Part shown: in pieces, positions 38,001 to 49,043 of the stretch | Numbering within the stretch: the first letter of the stretch is position 1 | Layout of the letters: each line of letters opens with the position of its first letter | Assembly (NCBI GenBank): GCA_016748015.1 | Contig: JAAOMT010000659.1 | Location: forward strand, 499,222 to 563,221 | Reading direction: 5' to 3' | Source: Geosiphon pyriformis uo1 | Taxonomy: Eukaryota > Fungi > Glomeromycota | DNA: 64,000 bases | Notes under the pieces: generated by a model | The model's input: only the letters and a program-made list of their open reading frames with translations | The model's database searches: none | Told to the model about the DNA's origin: nothing | Made by a program: the position numbers and the translations under genes

Positions 38001-41000
38001 ACAGAAATAACACAGCAACAACAATATTTAAAGTGGCAACCACACCAGACGCAACAATTCTAGAATATTACCAATCAATTTACACCCACTGCAAGCAAAG
38101 ATTCAACATTCCAGACGGAATTGAAGTTGTCAAGAAATCAGTATACCAATACATTAAAAACCGCATCAACAATTATCTTTTTGGAAATTACAATATCTCA
38201 GAAGTTAGAAGCAATCTTTACAATAATTTATTATACTATTCACAGTTGGGAACTGAAGACCTTAACAGCGAAACACTTGCCACTTACTTTCATGAACTTA
38301 ATTTTAACATTATCAAGTACTGTGAAGAAACATATCCAGTACAGTCTCAATACTCTATTGATTTTGAATTGGAAACAGAAACAAGCAACAAAGGCAAAAA
38401 CAAATTGAAGCAATACTCAAAAACCACCCCAAATACTCCAACACTACCAAAAACAACTGCTATACATTTACAAACACCTGAACAAGGAACCAGTTTAAAA
38501 TTTCCACTTACTATCACACCTTTTCCAGCTTCACTTGCACAAGCACAAACACCTAATTCACTTTTGAATCGATTTGCAAGACCAGAAGATTTTACATTAC
38601 TTAGAAGTCCCATCAGACAACAAGAATCTCTTCAAACTAGTTCCAATCTCCTTGACTTTCTAGCTGAAAATCAAAGTAAACACTCTGAGACAGTAGTGAA
38701 CGAAGAAAACGAACCTGAAATATCTAAAGAAGAATCAATAGACAGTGAAAACAAAGAAGACGAAATAACAACATACATCACAAAAATCCCTGAATTTAAT
38801 GGAGAAGACATTGAGACCAGTTCTCAAGAATGGCTCAACCAAGTTACTAAAACTAGAGATGCAAATAGATGGAATGCTGCCAGAATGTTAAGAACAATTC
38901 CCTACTTTCTTAAAGGAACAGCAGGAGAATAGTTTGAAAATCTGGCCGCCCCATTCAATGATTGGAACACTTTCAAAGCAGCCTTCCTTGAACAGTTCAC
39001 CGACAATAATACCTCTATCACCCTTCGCAATTGTTTTCAAAATATCAAACAAAAACCCTCCGAATCTGTTATGACTTATATTAGAAAATTCAACAAACTT
39101 CTTAGACAAATTCGCCAATTCAAGACAAATGATTATTATTCCGATGCTCAAATATTGGATCAATTTATCGCTGGTCTAAAAGATAAACTAATTAAAAAGA
39201 TTCGCCCACATGTGCCAAAAGATTTAAATTCTGCCATACAGCATACAAAAAGATACGAAATGGCCATGGAAGAGGCCAATCGCACAAAACTTGTAAATTT
39301 GGCAATTGGAGAAACCAGCTCAGCAGCCAAAAAAAAAATTGACCAACTCACAAAGAAGATTGAAAACTATTTCACCAATCAACAACAACAGCAACCCCAA
39401 AGATATTAACCACTCCAAAGACGAAATCAAAATAACTTTGCACCACTTTCTAATAACCAGCCTCAGAATTGCCATTACTGTGGAATCTCTGGCCACTGGA
39501 AAAGAGATTGCAGAAAGCTACAACAAGACCAACAAAATAGGAGTAATCAATGTTACCCTCCACTACAGCAATCTTATTATCAATTACCACCACCAGCTTA
39601 CTATCCACCAAGACCCCAATACCAAAATAACTATTATCAGCCTGTTCCACAGCCAATCCAACAGCAATACCAACAACCACCCACACAACATTATCAAGTA
39701 CCTGCTCGAAGACTAATTACACAAAATCAACTCACACCACAAAACCGATACCAAGTAAACAACAATAGAATCAGTTCAAACAACCAATTGGTTCCCTAAA
39801 ATTCCACTCAACCAAGACCTAACCACTACTACACTCAACCCAGTTATTTAACAATGCCAGAAGAACAGGATTTTCACTATACTTCATCCTTGGAAGGTAG
39901 AATTGCAGCACAACAACAAAACTCTTTCTATACTCCCACTAGCCAGAATCGCTGAAAATGCTAACCTTTCAGATATATTCCTTTTTGAGTTCGAAGCAAA
40001 TGAGTCACCATTCCTGTTTAGCAATACAGCTGCCAATGAACAAAAAGCAATCATGACTATGTACACTGAAGCAGAAGTTAAAGGAAAGACAATTCGCTTG
40101 ATCCTAAACAGTGGATCCACTGGAAGCATTATCACCTACCAGTTAATACAACAGTTGAAAAAAAATATCAACCGACCAGCTCAAACAGTAATCGTCACTG
40201 CCGATAGCATGAAAAAAACCCCAGTAGGAGAAATTGACAATTTTCCATTCACTCTTGATGGAATCACCATTCCAGTCAAAGTTCTTGTAATGGACGTACC
40301 CCAGTACCAAGCTCTTGTCGGAAATGATTGGCTTCAAAAAGCCAATGCTAATCTGAATTGGGAAACACAAGAGTTAACAATCTCCTACCAAGGACAACAT
40401 GCCCAGGTACCTGCCACTTGTGGTACATTCAACAAATGCTCTGAAAAAGCCCTGGCTTTTGAATTTGAACCAGAAGAGAAAAAACCCCTCATCAAAACAT
40501 TCATGGCTCTTGGATCAACGTCCAATTGGGCCGATAAAACAGAACAAGAACATTTTACCCTACACTCTAAACCCAAAACCTCTGAATGAAATATCTCTTA
40601 CTCAAAACCTGAACCAAAGAAACAACGCCCTTATATTCCCCTTGGATGTAAGAACTGTCACAAGAAACTATCATCAATGGGAGCCTGCATTTCACCTGAA
40701 GAAGAATATGAAAATCATACTTGTTATTACTGCAAGGCTTGCCACAGAGAACAATAGGACCATCTAATAAAAAAGAGTGGAAAATAGGATAACACCCTTT
40801 GTTTGACTTGTGGAGATATGCTACCAGAAGAATGCAATTGGATTGATGTAACAATGAGAAGAGGAGTCTGTGATCAGACCTGCCAATATGCTTTATCAAT
40901 TTCAGAAAAAGTAAAAAGAGGAACACCCTTTAATGCAGCATACAACAGTGCTTTCAACAAACTTTATCACTACTCCCATGATGCCAAGATGATTTTCGAC

Positions 41001-41399
41001 CTAGCAATGGCATTAATTAATAGAGCTACCAAAAAAAATGTTCGTCAAATGAAGGAAGCAGAATACATTGAATATACCATGGAATTAGCTGGACTCAATT
41101 ATGAAGACGAAGTGGAAGTCTACCACCAAATTGCAAGTCACACCTACTCAACCCAAAAAGCTCAAATTCAACGATTAGAGCAAATGAACATTAGGCTATG
41201 TGAAGAATGCATTATGTCTTGTGATAAACAGTGGTGTCTTGAATGCTACGCTCTTAGTATTCCCTTGCCCAGCAAAAATGATGAGAACAAAATTGAATTT
41301 GGAGAATCTGAAGCAACAGAAGAAATTGAAACAACACTCATCTATCTTATCAAAAATCAGCCTGTCTTACAACTTAAATACTTCAACAACAATGGACAA

Positions 41400-41800
41400 G
41401 AAATAAAACCCAAAAAAGCACATGCAATTGATGCTGGATATGACCTAAAATATTCAGATAAGGATATTCTTGTTCTCAAACCCAAATCTCTCACAAAAAT
41501 CAACCTCAAAATTGCACTCAAAATTCCGCCAGAAGCAATAGTTCAAATCACCTCCCAGTCCTCTCTGGCAAGCAAAAAAATCAATGTCAGAGGAGGAATA
41601 ATCAATGCTGGATATACTGGAGACATTGCAGTAATGCTTCAAAACAAAACAGACAAACTATTCAAGATTGAACATGCTGAAAAAATTGCCCAAGCTATTT
41701 ACCTACCCTTAATCAACATTTCAGGTTTGCAACTAGTCAATTAAAGAGAACAATTAGGAAAAAGTGATAGAGGAACCCAAGGTTTTGGTTCAACGGGACA
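41400..41800 (+). other. dUTPase domain inside Gypsy pol (A2)
   Basis: All five trimeric-dUTPase motifs in order: AGYDL, SQSSL (RSS-like), GGIINAGYTG, KIAQAI, RGTQGFGSTG. Confidence 0.9.
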
Positions 41801-43691
41801 ATTCACAGTTCCAGTTAATATAGCCCTTAACACACAGAATAAATCCCACCAGATTCTCAGACTCCCACAACCAGTTACCATCTCACCCTTTGGAGAACAT
41901 CTGGAAATCTACACCTGCCCAAAGCCAACAACTACACAACAAATTTTTGAGTCCAATAAACAAGTCTGCTTGGAACATAATATTTCGATCCCAAATATTT
42001 ATATTTCAGAAGGAACAAAGAAAGTCCAAGTTACTTTTTACAACCCCAATAATTACCCCATAATTTTATTAAATAATTTAAAAATTGGAGTTATTCACAG
42101 TAATATATTTCAACAAAAATTACCCCAAACAGTTCCCGATTTCTCTGAGATTATTGAACATTCACTACTAAAAATCAACCCAAACTCCAGCTCCGAAAAC
42201 TACCATGTTGTCATGGAAAAACTATCTCAAATCAACATAGGACAATTTGAACCACAACAACAGACCCAGCTCAAAAAGCTAATTGCAGAATTTGCCGATA
42301 TCTTCGCTGAAAACAACAATGACTTAGGAAGAACTGATTTGGTCCAACACCAAATTTATATAGGAGATGCCAAACCAAGAAGACAACAAGCATATCAAGT
42401 TGCTTCAGAAAGCCACCAATTCATCCGAGAAGAAGTACAATGAATGCTTAACAATGAGTTCATCCAACCCTCCATGAGTCTTTGGGCTTTATCTGTAGTG
42501 CTAGTTAAAAAGAAAAATGGAAAGATCCAATTTTGTGTTGATTATCAACAACTCAACAGTGTTACAATTGGAGATGCCTACCCCCTTCCCTAGATTGATG
42601 ACATGTTAGATGCTCTTGGAAAATCCAAATACTTCTCAACACTAGATTTAGAAAGTGGTTACTGACAAGTTGCTATGGATCCCAAAGATCACCCCAAAAC
42701 AGCATTCACCACTCAAGGTAGAAATTACGAGTTCAATGTAATGTCTTTCGGATTATGCAATGCACCAGCAACGTTTCAAAGATTAATAGATGTTGTATAC
42801 CAAGGACTTCTTTGGAAGTCAGTAGTCATTTATCTTGACAATACTGATGTTTATTCTCCATCGTTCGAATTACACTTAAAACACCTGTGAAAAGTTTTTC
42901 AACGATTACGAAAAGCAGGACTAAAACTCAACATCAAAAAATGCTACTTTGGAAAAACAAGCTTGGCCTTCCTTGGGCATATTGTTAGTAAAGATGGAAT
43001 TAAACTGGACCCTGGAAAAATCAGTGTTGTCAAAAACTTCAAAACTCCTCGAAATACTACAGAACTAAGAGGATTTATAGGATTAGCATCTTACTATCAG
43101 AAGTTTATCAAAGGATTCTTGGAAATTGCAAAACCCCTCAACCAGCTCACTACCAAAAACATTGAATATAAATGGACTACTGAATACCAAAAAGCTTTTG
43201 AAATTCTCAAGAAAAAACTGACAACAGCTTCAATTCTTGCCTACCTGGATTTCAGCAGCCAATTCTGATTAGCAACAGATGCCTTTTATACTGCTTTTGG
43301 TGCTATCCTATCACAATTGGATGACAATGGAAATGAGAAAGTAATTGCCTATGCCAGCAGAACATTAAAACCAGCTGAGAAAAATTATCCTACCACAGAA
43401 TTAGAAACAGCAGCTGTAATTTGGGCCCTACATCACTTTAATCTTTATCTCAGGCCTAAAAAATTCGATATTATCATTGATAATATTGGACTCAAATGGC
43501 TTCAGAACAAAAATACTCAGCTGAATGCAAAACAAACCCGATGAACAGGATTTTTAGCAAACTATTGATACATAGTACATCACAAACCAGGAAAACTCCA
43601 CACCAATGTTGACTGTCTCTCCAGAATGAGACAAGATTAGAAAACACAAAAACCAACACTCAACTTAACCAACCAAAAGAACCAACAAACA

Positions 43692-45077
43692 ATGAATTCA
43701 GAAAACTACAACAATCTCAAACAATATTTGGAAACATTAACAATCCCAACAGATTGGTCTCCAGATGAAAAACATCGACTACAACAACAAGCCAAACAAT
43801 ATTTTATACACAACAACATTATTTATCATCAAAATTTCAAAAATCTAAACAAACCACTCAAATTAATACAAAAACAGGAAAAAGAAACCATATTATACAA
43901 CATGCACTCAGATCCTTTATCAGCACACTTTGGAAAAGATAACACCACCCAAAGAACACTAGAATACTACTTTTGGCCTCAAATAAAAAAAGACATTCAC
44001 GAATATGTCGAATCTTGTGATAGTTGTCAAAGAAAAGGAGAAATACGCCCTATTGAACCATTAAATCCAATCAAAGTTAGACAACCCTTTAATTGAGTTG
44101 GTATCAATTTAGTCGGACCACTATCTATTACCACTCAAGGAAACCGTTATATTGTAGTAGCTGTAGATTATCTTACTAAATGGCCCAAAGCCAGAGCCAT
44201 TCAATGAGCAGATGTGAAATCAGTAGCAAAATTCATCTACGAAGACATTATTTGTAGACACAGATGTCCAATTGAACTTTTATCCGATCAGGGGACACAC
44301 TTTGTGAACAACCTGATACAAGAAATTTGCGAACAATTTAATGTCAAAAGACCTCTGTCTTTGCCCTACTATTCACAAACAAACAGACTTGTGGAACATT
44401 TTAACAGAACATTGTGTGAGTCATTAGCCAAAGTTTTAACCAATTTTGAGCAAGAGTGGGATATCTTTATTCCATCAGTGTTGCTAGCATACAGAACACT
44501 AAAACAAGATACCACAAAACACACACCATTTGATTTAACTTACGGAAGAACAGTAACATTACCAATTAGTTTCACAGTGGAAACATACCCAGCACAACCA
44601 ATTGATGAAAACAATTTCTAAGAAACATTTCAGCAAAGAGTCTACACTCTGCTTAGCACATTAAAAGGAAAACAACGAATAGCAGCCACCCATATTGAAC
44701 ATTCCCAAGCTTGACAAAAAGAACAGCATGATGACAAATTGCCTCCAGTCACCAATGAATTTAAAATCAGAAACAAAGTTCTCTTACACAGAACTAAAGC
44801 TGAAAAACAATGGAGTGGAAAATTTGAAAATAAATGGGATAGACCATTCTTTATCCATGAAGTCTTAGACAATGGATCATATAAGCTAAGACTTGATAAC
44901 AAAATCTTAGCAAAAGTTGCACATGAAGATCGTTTGAAACACTATAATTCCAGAAACAATCCTGAACCATTAATTCCACAAATTGGTACACATTCCCCTT
45001 TAGTCAATCCCGAAAATATTCCCCAAAACTTAGAACCAATAGTTGTCATTGAACAACCTTCCAACCTAAACACTTAA
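43692..45077 (+). pseudogene. Integrase of A2 (separate ATG-initiated ORF)
   Basis: ATG in ACAAACAATG context; MHSD..AHFG..CDSCQ; LLSDQGTHF; WDRPF; a few transition-derived stops. Confidence 0.9.
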
Positions 45078-45180
45078 ATTTTACTAGTTATTCCCTTATA
45101 ATTTAGAAACAATCAAAATAAAAATAACATAAAAATCCATACACCAAAAATAATTTTCTTTTATTTCAAAATCTCTTATA

Positions 45181-45900
45181 ATGACTATTCCTCAAAACAT
45201 TCAACAATTATCCCAAAAACTAATGTTAGCTTTAAAAACAATACCCAAATTATCTATTACTGTTACTGGAAACCACATTAATTATACCCAAACAGAAGTA
45301 GTTACAAATTTAGTCCCAAATTCACGAAAATATCACCCATATAAGAAGAATACAAGAAGTTATTCTGGAATTCACCTGCCAAAACTTTTAAAGCTTGCTT
45401 TAAGAGAAAACTTAATGCTCACTCCAATTAGTATTCCACCAAATGCTACAATTCAACAAAGACTTCAACTGTGTCTCAAGGAAGAAAACACTGAATATTC
45501 TCCAATCTATAGATATTTCTACATTGAAAAAACACTCTATGAATGAAAACTGGAACTTACAACAGCAAACCTCACAAAAGAAGCCATTCAGAAACAACTC
45601 CACAATGAATTCAAGACAACAGCTGGATTAACAAACAGTCGCTACAGGCTCAGAGCTGCTCTTAGACTTTATGACCTATTTCACACCTGTGAAAACATAC
45701 TACAAAACCCAATTTTTCAACCTTTGAAGATTCAATACATTGGAAAGCTCACAGAACTGAAATTTCAACAATTTTCAGACCAAATTTCTTCAATAATTTT
45801 GGATTATTATCTGGAAATAACAGACAGTACTTGGACTTCAACAGAGCTCAGTCTTGAGGAGGAGGTTATGTTACCAGACAAAATTAGAGATATTATTTAG
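45181..45900 (+). pseudogene. ORF3 of A2 (~239 codons, one internal TGA probably from CGA), running through the PPT into the 3' LTR
   Basis: Reading past TGA 45544 gives KLELTTAN..ALRLYDLFHTCENILQNP..IGKLTELKFQQF..EEEVMLPDKIRDII*. Confidence 0.85.
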
Positions 45901-46838
45901 CATGAAATTATCTTATCATTAATTAGCATATATTATCGTTTCAAATTATTACTTATTACATTAGCAAAATGTCTGAAATTATCATTTAATTAATAATCCA
46001 ATTTGTATACAACACAAATATAACCTAATTGCAATAATCAATCATGCAATACCCCAAACTATGTAACATTAAAAAGTTCGCCAAAATTTGTAGAAATTTG
46101 CCGAAATAATTGATAGTTCACCGAAATATCTAATAATTCACAGAAATAACTTGTAGTTTGCCAAAATATATCTTTAATTCAGCAAAATTATAGAAAATAG
46201 CAAAGTTCAAGTTCATAAAATAGTATTACAACAAGTTGTATAAAAGAAGAGCTTCTCTCTTCGAAAAATGTATCTTACTTTAGTTTTATTATTTAGAACC
46301 ATTCTTACACACAAAAAGAAATAAATATCAAATAATTCGAAAAACCAAATTCTTTAATTATTTGCACTTAAAAAATCTCCAAGAACCCAACTAACATTTT
46401 GAAATTGATTAGCTACCAATTTTAGTAAACTGTTAGTGACTCCAGGCCTGGATAGAAAATATTCCCTTTGACAAAATTCTATTTCTTTTATATTTCTTTT
46501 ATTTTTCTTTTCTTTTTTTATTTACAATCATTAAGGTAGCCTACAGACGAGATTCTTGTAGAAAAGTTGACTTTCACAGCAAAGTAACTACACATTTTAG
46601 TGAGCTTCCAGACAAACAATTCCTAAGAAAAAGTTGACGTTTACTACAACATAACTACATAAAGCAACTGGCACAGAATTGGCCATTCCACTCATAAGCC
46701 CAGCAAGTTCAAATTATAAAAGATAATTTAAAGATAAATTCAGTTACTGGAGGTTCAACCACATCCAGAAAACGTGAATTCACAGTGAACAGGCATCAAC
46801 AACATTCAAGAAAAGGAGACCAAAAACCTCTGGTAACA
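45869..46838 (+). repeat. 3' LTR of A2
   Basis: Direct repeat of the 5' LTR, preceded by the PPT. Confidence 0.95.
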
Positions 46839-47699
46839 ATAGACTGAAAAACAGCCTTAATATAAGCCAATTTAATCTTAAAAATAACACCAGACATCAA
46901 AATAGAAGCCATTCATCCAGCAAATCTTTAACAACTAATAATGGTTTCCCAATTACTACTAGTAACAGCACCAAAAACCAGAGAAAATAATTCAGTTTTT
47001 ATCTAATCAACTCAGTTTTCAAGAATAGGTAATCTAATAGGAGATGATTGTTTTGCTTCCAAAACTGATAAAAATTTGTTAGAAGGCACTAAATTTGGTA
47101 ACACAACCAATGGTTGATTTTGGCCTATTTTAGATAATATGTTAAATAATGTAGTAAAAATTTCACCTAAGATCTCAGTTAAAACCACAAAGAAGTTTGG
47201 TGTAACAATAGCAGAGACAAGCAACTGCCTCCACTTTTCTGAACTTTTGGTCTTTTTAATCATTTTTTTTGAAAAGATGATGTTAAGTAACACCAGATAT
47301 TAAAGCTATAGAAAAGAATACTAATTTGTTTACTGGTTTATTTTGGGCTTTTAGTAAGAGTGAAGACAATACTGAGACTAATTCAAGTGTGTCTCTTTGA
47401 AAGAACTTTGACTGATAAAAAACCAGCCAAAAATAAGAAAGTTGCTTCAGTAACTATCAAAGACAGCTTTTCACAATTATTGGATAAAAAAAAGGCTTTT
47501 AAAACGTTCTGTCTAGTTGCTTTTACAACAAAGAGAGCTCTTCTGGTTGAAATTTTATTAAATATCTTAGGAAAGATATTAGGTACAGCTTTCTTACTTT
47601 TTGCTCTAATTATGGTCATAAAATTAAGGAGACAAAGAGTTTTTTATAAGATTTTTTAACTAATTAATTACTTTATTTATTACTTCGATCTTGTATTTA

Positions 47700-47920
47700 A
47701 ATTTTGTTACTTGATTGTTTTTTTACTGTTGAAAATTTTTTGTTTATATAATTGTTGAAAAAAGTTTATAATCAAATTAATAACTAAGTCAATAACTAAG
47801 TTAATAATTAAATTAATGATCAGATTAATAACTCTATCTAAAAATAAAATAGCTAATTATATAATATTAAGTAGTTAATACATATAATATTAATAAAAAC
47901 TATAATTTTTAGCTGTGACA
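47700..47920 (+). repeat. AT-rich dispersed repeat, also at ~61630-61850
   Basis: TATCTAAAAATAAAATAGCTAATTATATAATATTAA versus TATCTGAAAATAAAGTGGCTAATTATATAATATTAA, same orientation. Confidence 0.6.
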
Positions 47921-47929
47921 ATATAACAA

Positions 47930-48320
47930 AAACATATAATAATTAACAATAATGCAAAATAGTTAAAATAATTAGCATAATATAAAATAACTAGTAATAA
48001 TAAGCTATAATTAAAGTTTAACAAAATAGTATTTTTACAAAGTTGTTTTGTATTTCAAGAAAGATGTTATCCGAATAACACTAAAATCAAGAGAAAAAAG
48101 ATACGTGATTTAAAAATAGATAAATAGCAAATGATAACGTGAAATAATACACGATAATGTGAAATAACACGCAATAATGCAAAATAGCACACAATAACGA
48201 AGAACTAGTAGTAACATCAAATAACAAAGAATAGAATAGCATCGAATAACATAAAATAACGGATTATAACTAAAAATAGCAGATAGCATAGGGAAATAGT
48301 AGAAATAGCAAGCTTTTAGA
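47930..48320. repeat. Degenerate ~10-bp tandem repeat region
   Basis: Recurring GAAATAACAC/GCAATAATGC/AAAATAGCAC-like units. Confidence 0.45.
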
Positions 48321-49043
48321 AGCTATCTCATAGAACTGAAAATATGTATATATACGAGTAGTTTAGCTCAAAGAAAAAGCATCTTCCAAGATAGATTCAA
48401 TCATATAAATCAGTATTGATTATCTTTTATCACTCCACTCCAATAAAATTACTGTTTGAAACCCACAAATCACATGAATCAAATCTCGTACTTTTATGCA
48501 TGTGTGCCGTTTAAGTGGTGGTAAGGTTTATAAAGATGCTGATTCTATTACACCACGCATGATGGAAACCTTACCACTGATCGCGACGACTTGGAAAACT
48601 AAGGAAAACGAATAATTATTTATTCTATATATTTTTTATTGGCGTTTTGAACGAAATATTTTTGCAAGCAGTTATTCGATACATATGGGTGATGATGATG
48701 GAGTTGATTCTGCATACAGGATCAAAAGCAGCAACCAATGATGATAAAGAAAAAGTTGTAGTAGTCTGGTAATGGAAATATCAAAATACCGATAAAAAAA
48801 GTTTTTAGTATGCTCAATTGAAATGCTTCTTATTATTATTATTATTATTATTAAGGGGTAAAAGAAAATGTTTATTGATATACGTATATGTTCAAGAATT
48901 CATTGAAAACTTTTATGTTCCATTGATTTAAATGGTCACGGCTAAAACTACGCTTCTTTTGATTGTAATATTTACTATCGGACTGATAGCTTTGTTAAAT
49001 TATGGCATCGAATTAAAGCCCAAATCTCTGGCATATTAATTAA

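Larger units (their letters stand above)
37988..43640 (+). pseudogene. gag-PR-Cys-rich-dUTPase-RT-RNaseH polyprotein of A2
   Basis: Capsid-like (IPEFNGED..EWL; QFIAGL); CHYCGISGHWKRDC knuckle ~39470; LILNSGS protease; CxxC cluster 40640-41250; dUTPase 41400-41800; RT (IYLDN); RNase H ending DCLSRMRQD*. Confidence 0.92.
37017..46838 (+). mobile_element. Full-length Ty3/Gypsy element A2 (best-preserved family A copy)
   Basis: 970-bp LTRs at 37017-37986 and 45869-46838; perfect 4-bp TSD ATAG; PBS TGGTGCTCTTCC; PPT GAGGAGGAGG. Confidence 0.97.
35545..47640 (-). mobile_element. ORF1-only non-LTR element (HAL1-like), split by Gypsy A2
   Basis: A single degenerate ORF (47619->46843 joined to 37016->35681) with RRM-like segments and a CCHC-like knuckle (CQHCFR..DHLAVDC), followed directly by a LINE-type 3' UTR and A-rich tail; no ORF2. 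Confidence 0.75.

Noticed and set aside
39880-39960. Programmed gag-pol frameshift in A2
   Set aside because: The homologous A1 junction (25200-25300) is in frame, so the A2 shift is probably a copy-specific indel.
1-48000. Alternative genetic code (TGA=Trp, Mollicutes-like endosymbiont) to explain the frequent stops
   Set aside because: TAA, TAG and TGA all occur where Gln, Trp or Arg are expected and vary between copies; neighbouring genes have spliceosomal introns.
47930-48320. CRISPR-like array from the short repeats (also 1417-1560 and 56011-56084)
   Set aside because: Contiguous degenerate tandem units without unique spacers, in a eukaryotic context with no cas genes.
48540-48580. Box C/D snoRNA or SECIS (ATGATG, CTGA words in a hairpin)
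   Set aside because: No canonical terminal box C or SECIS core geometry, and no identifiable guide.
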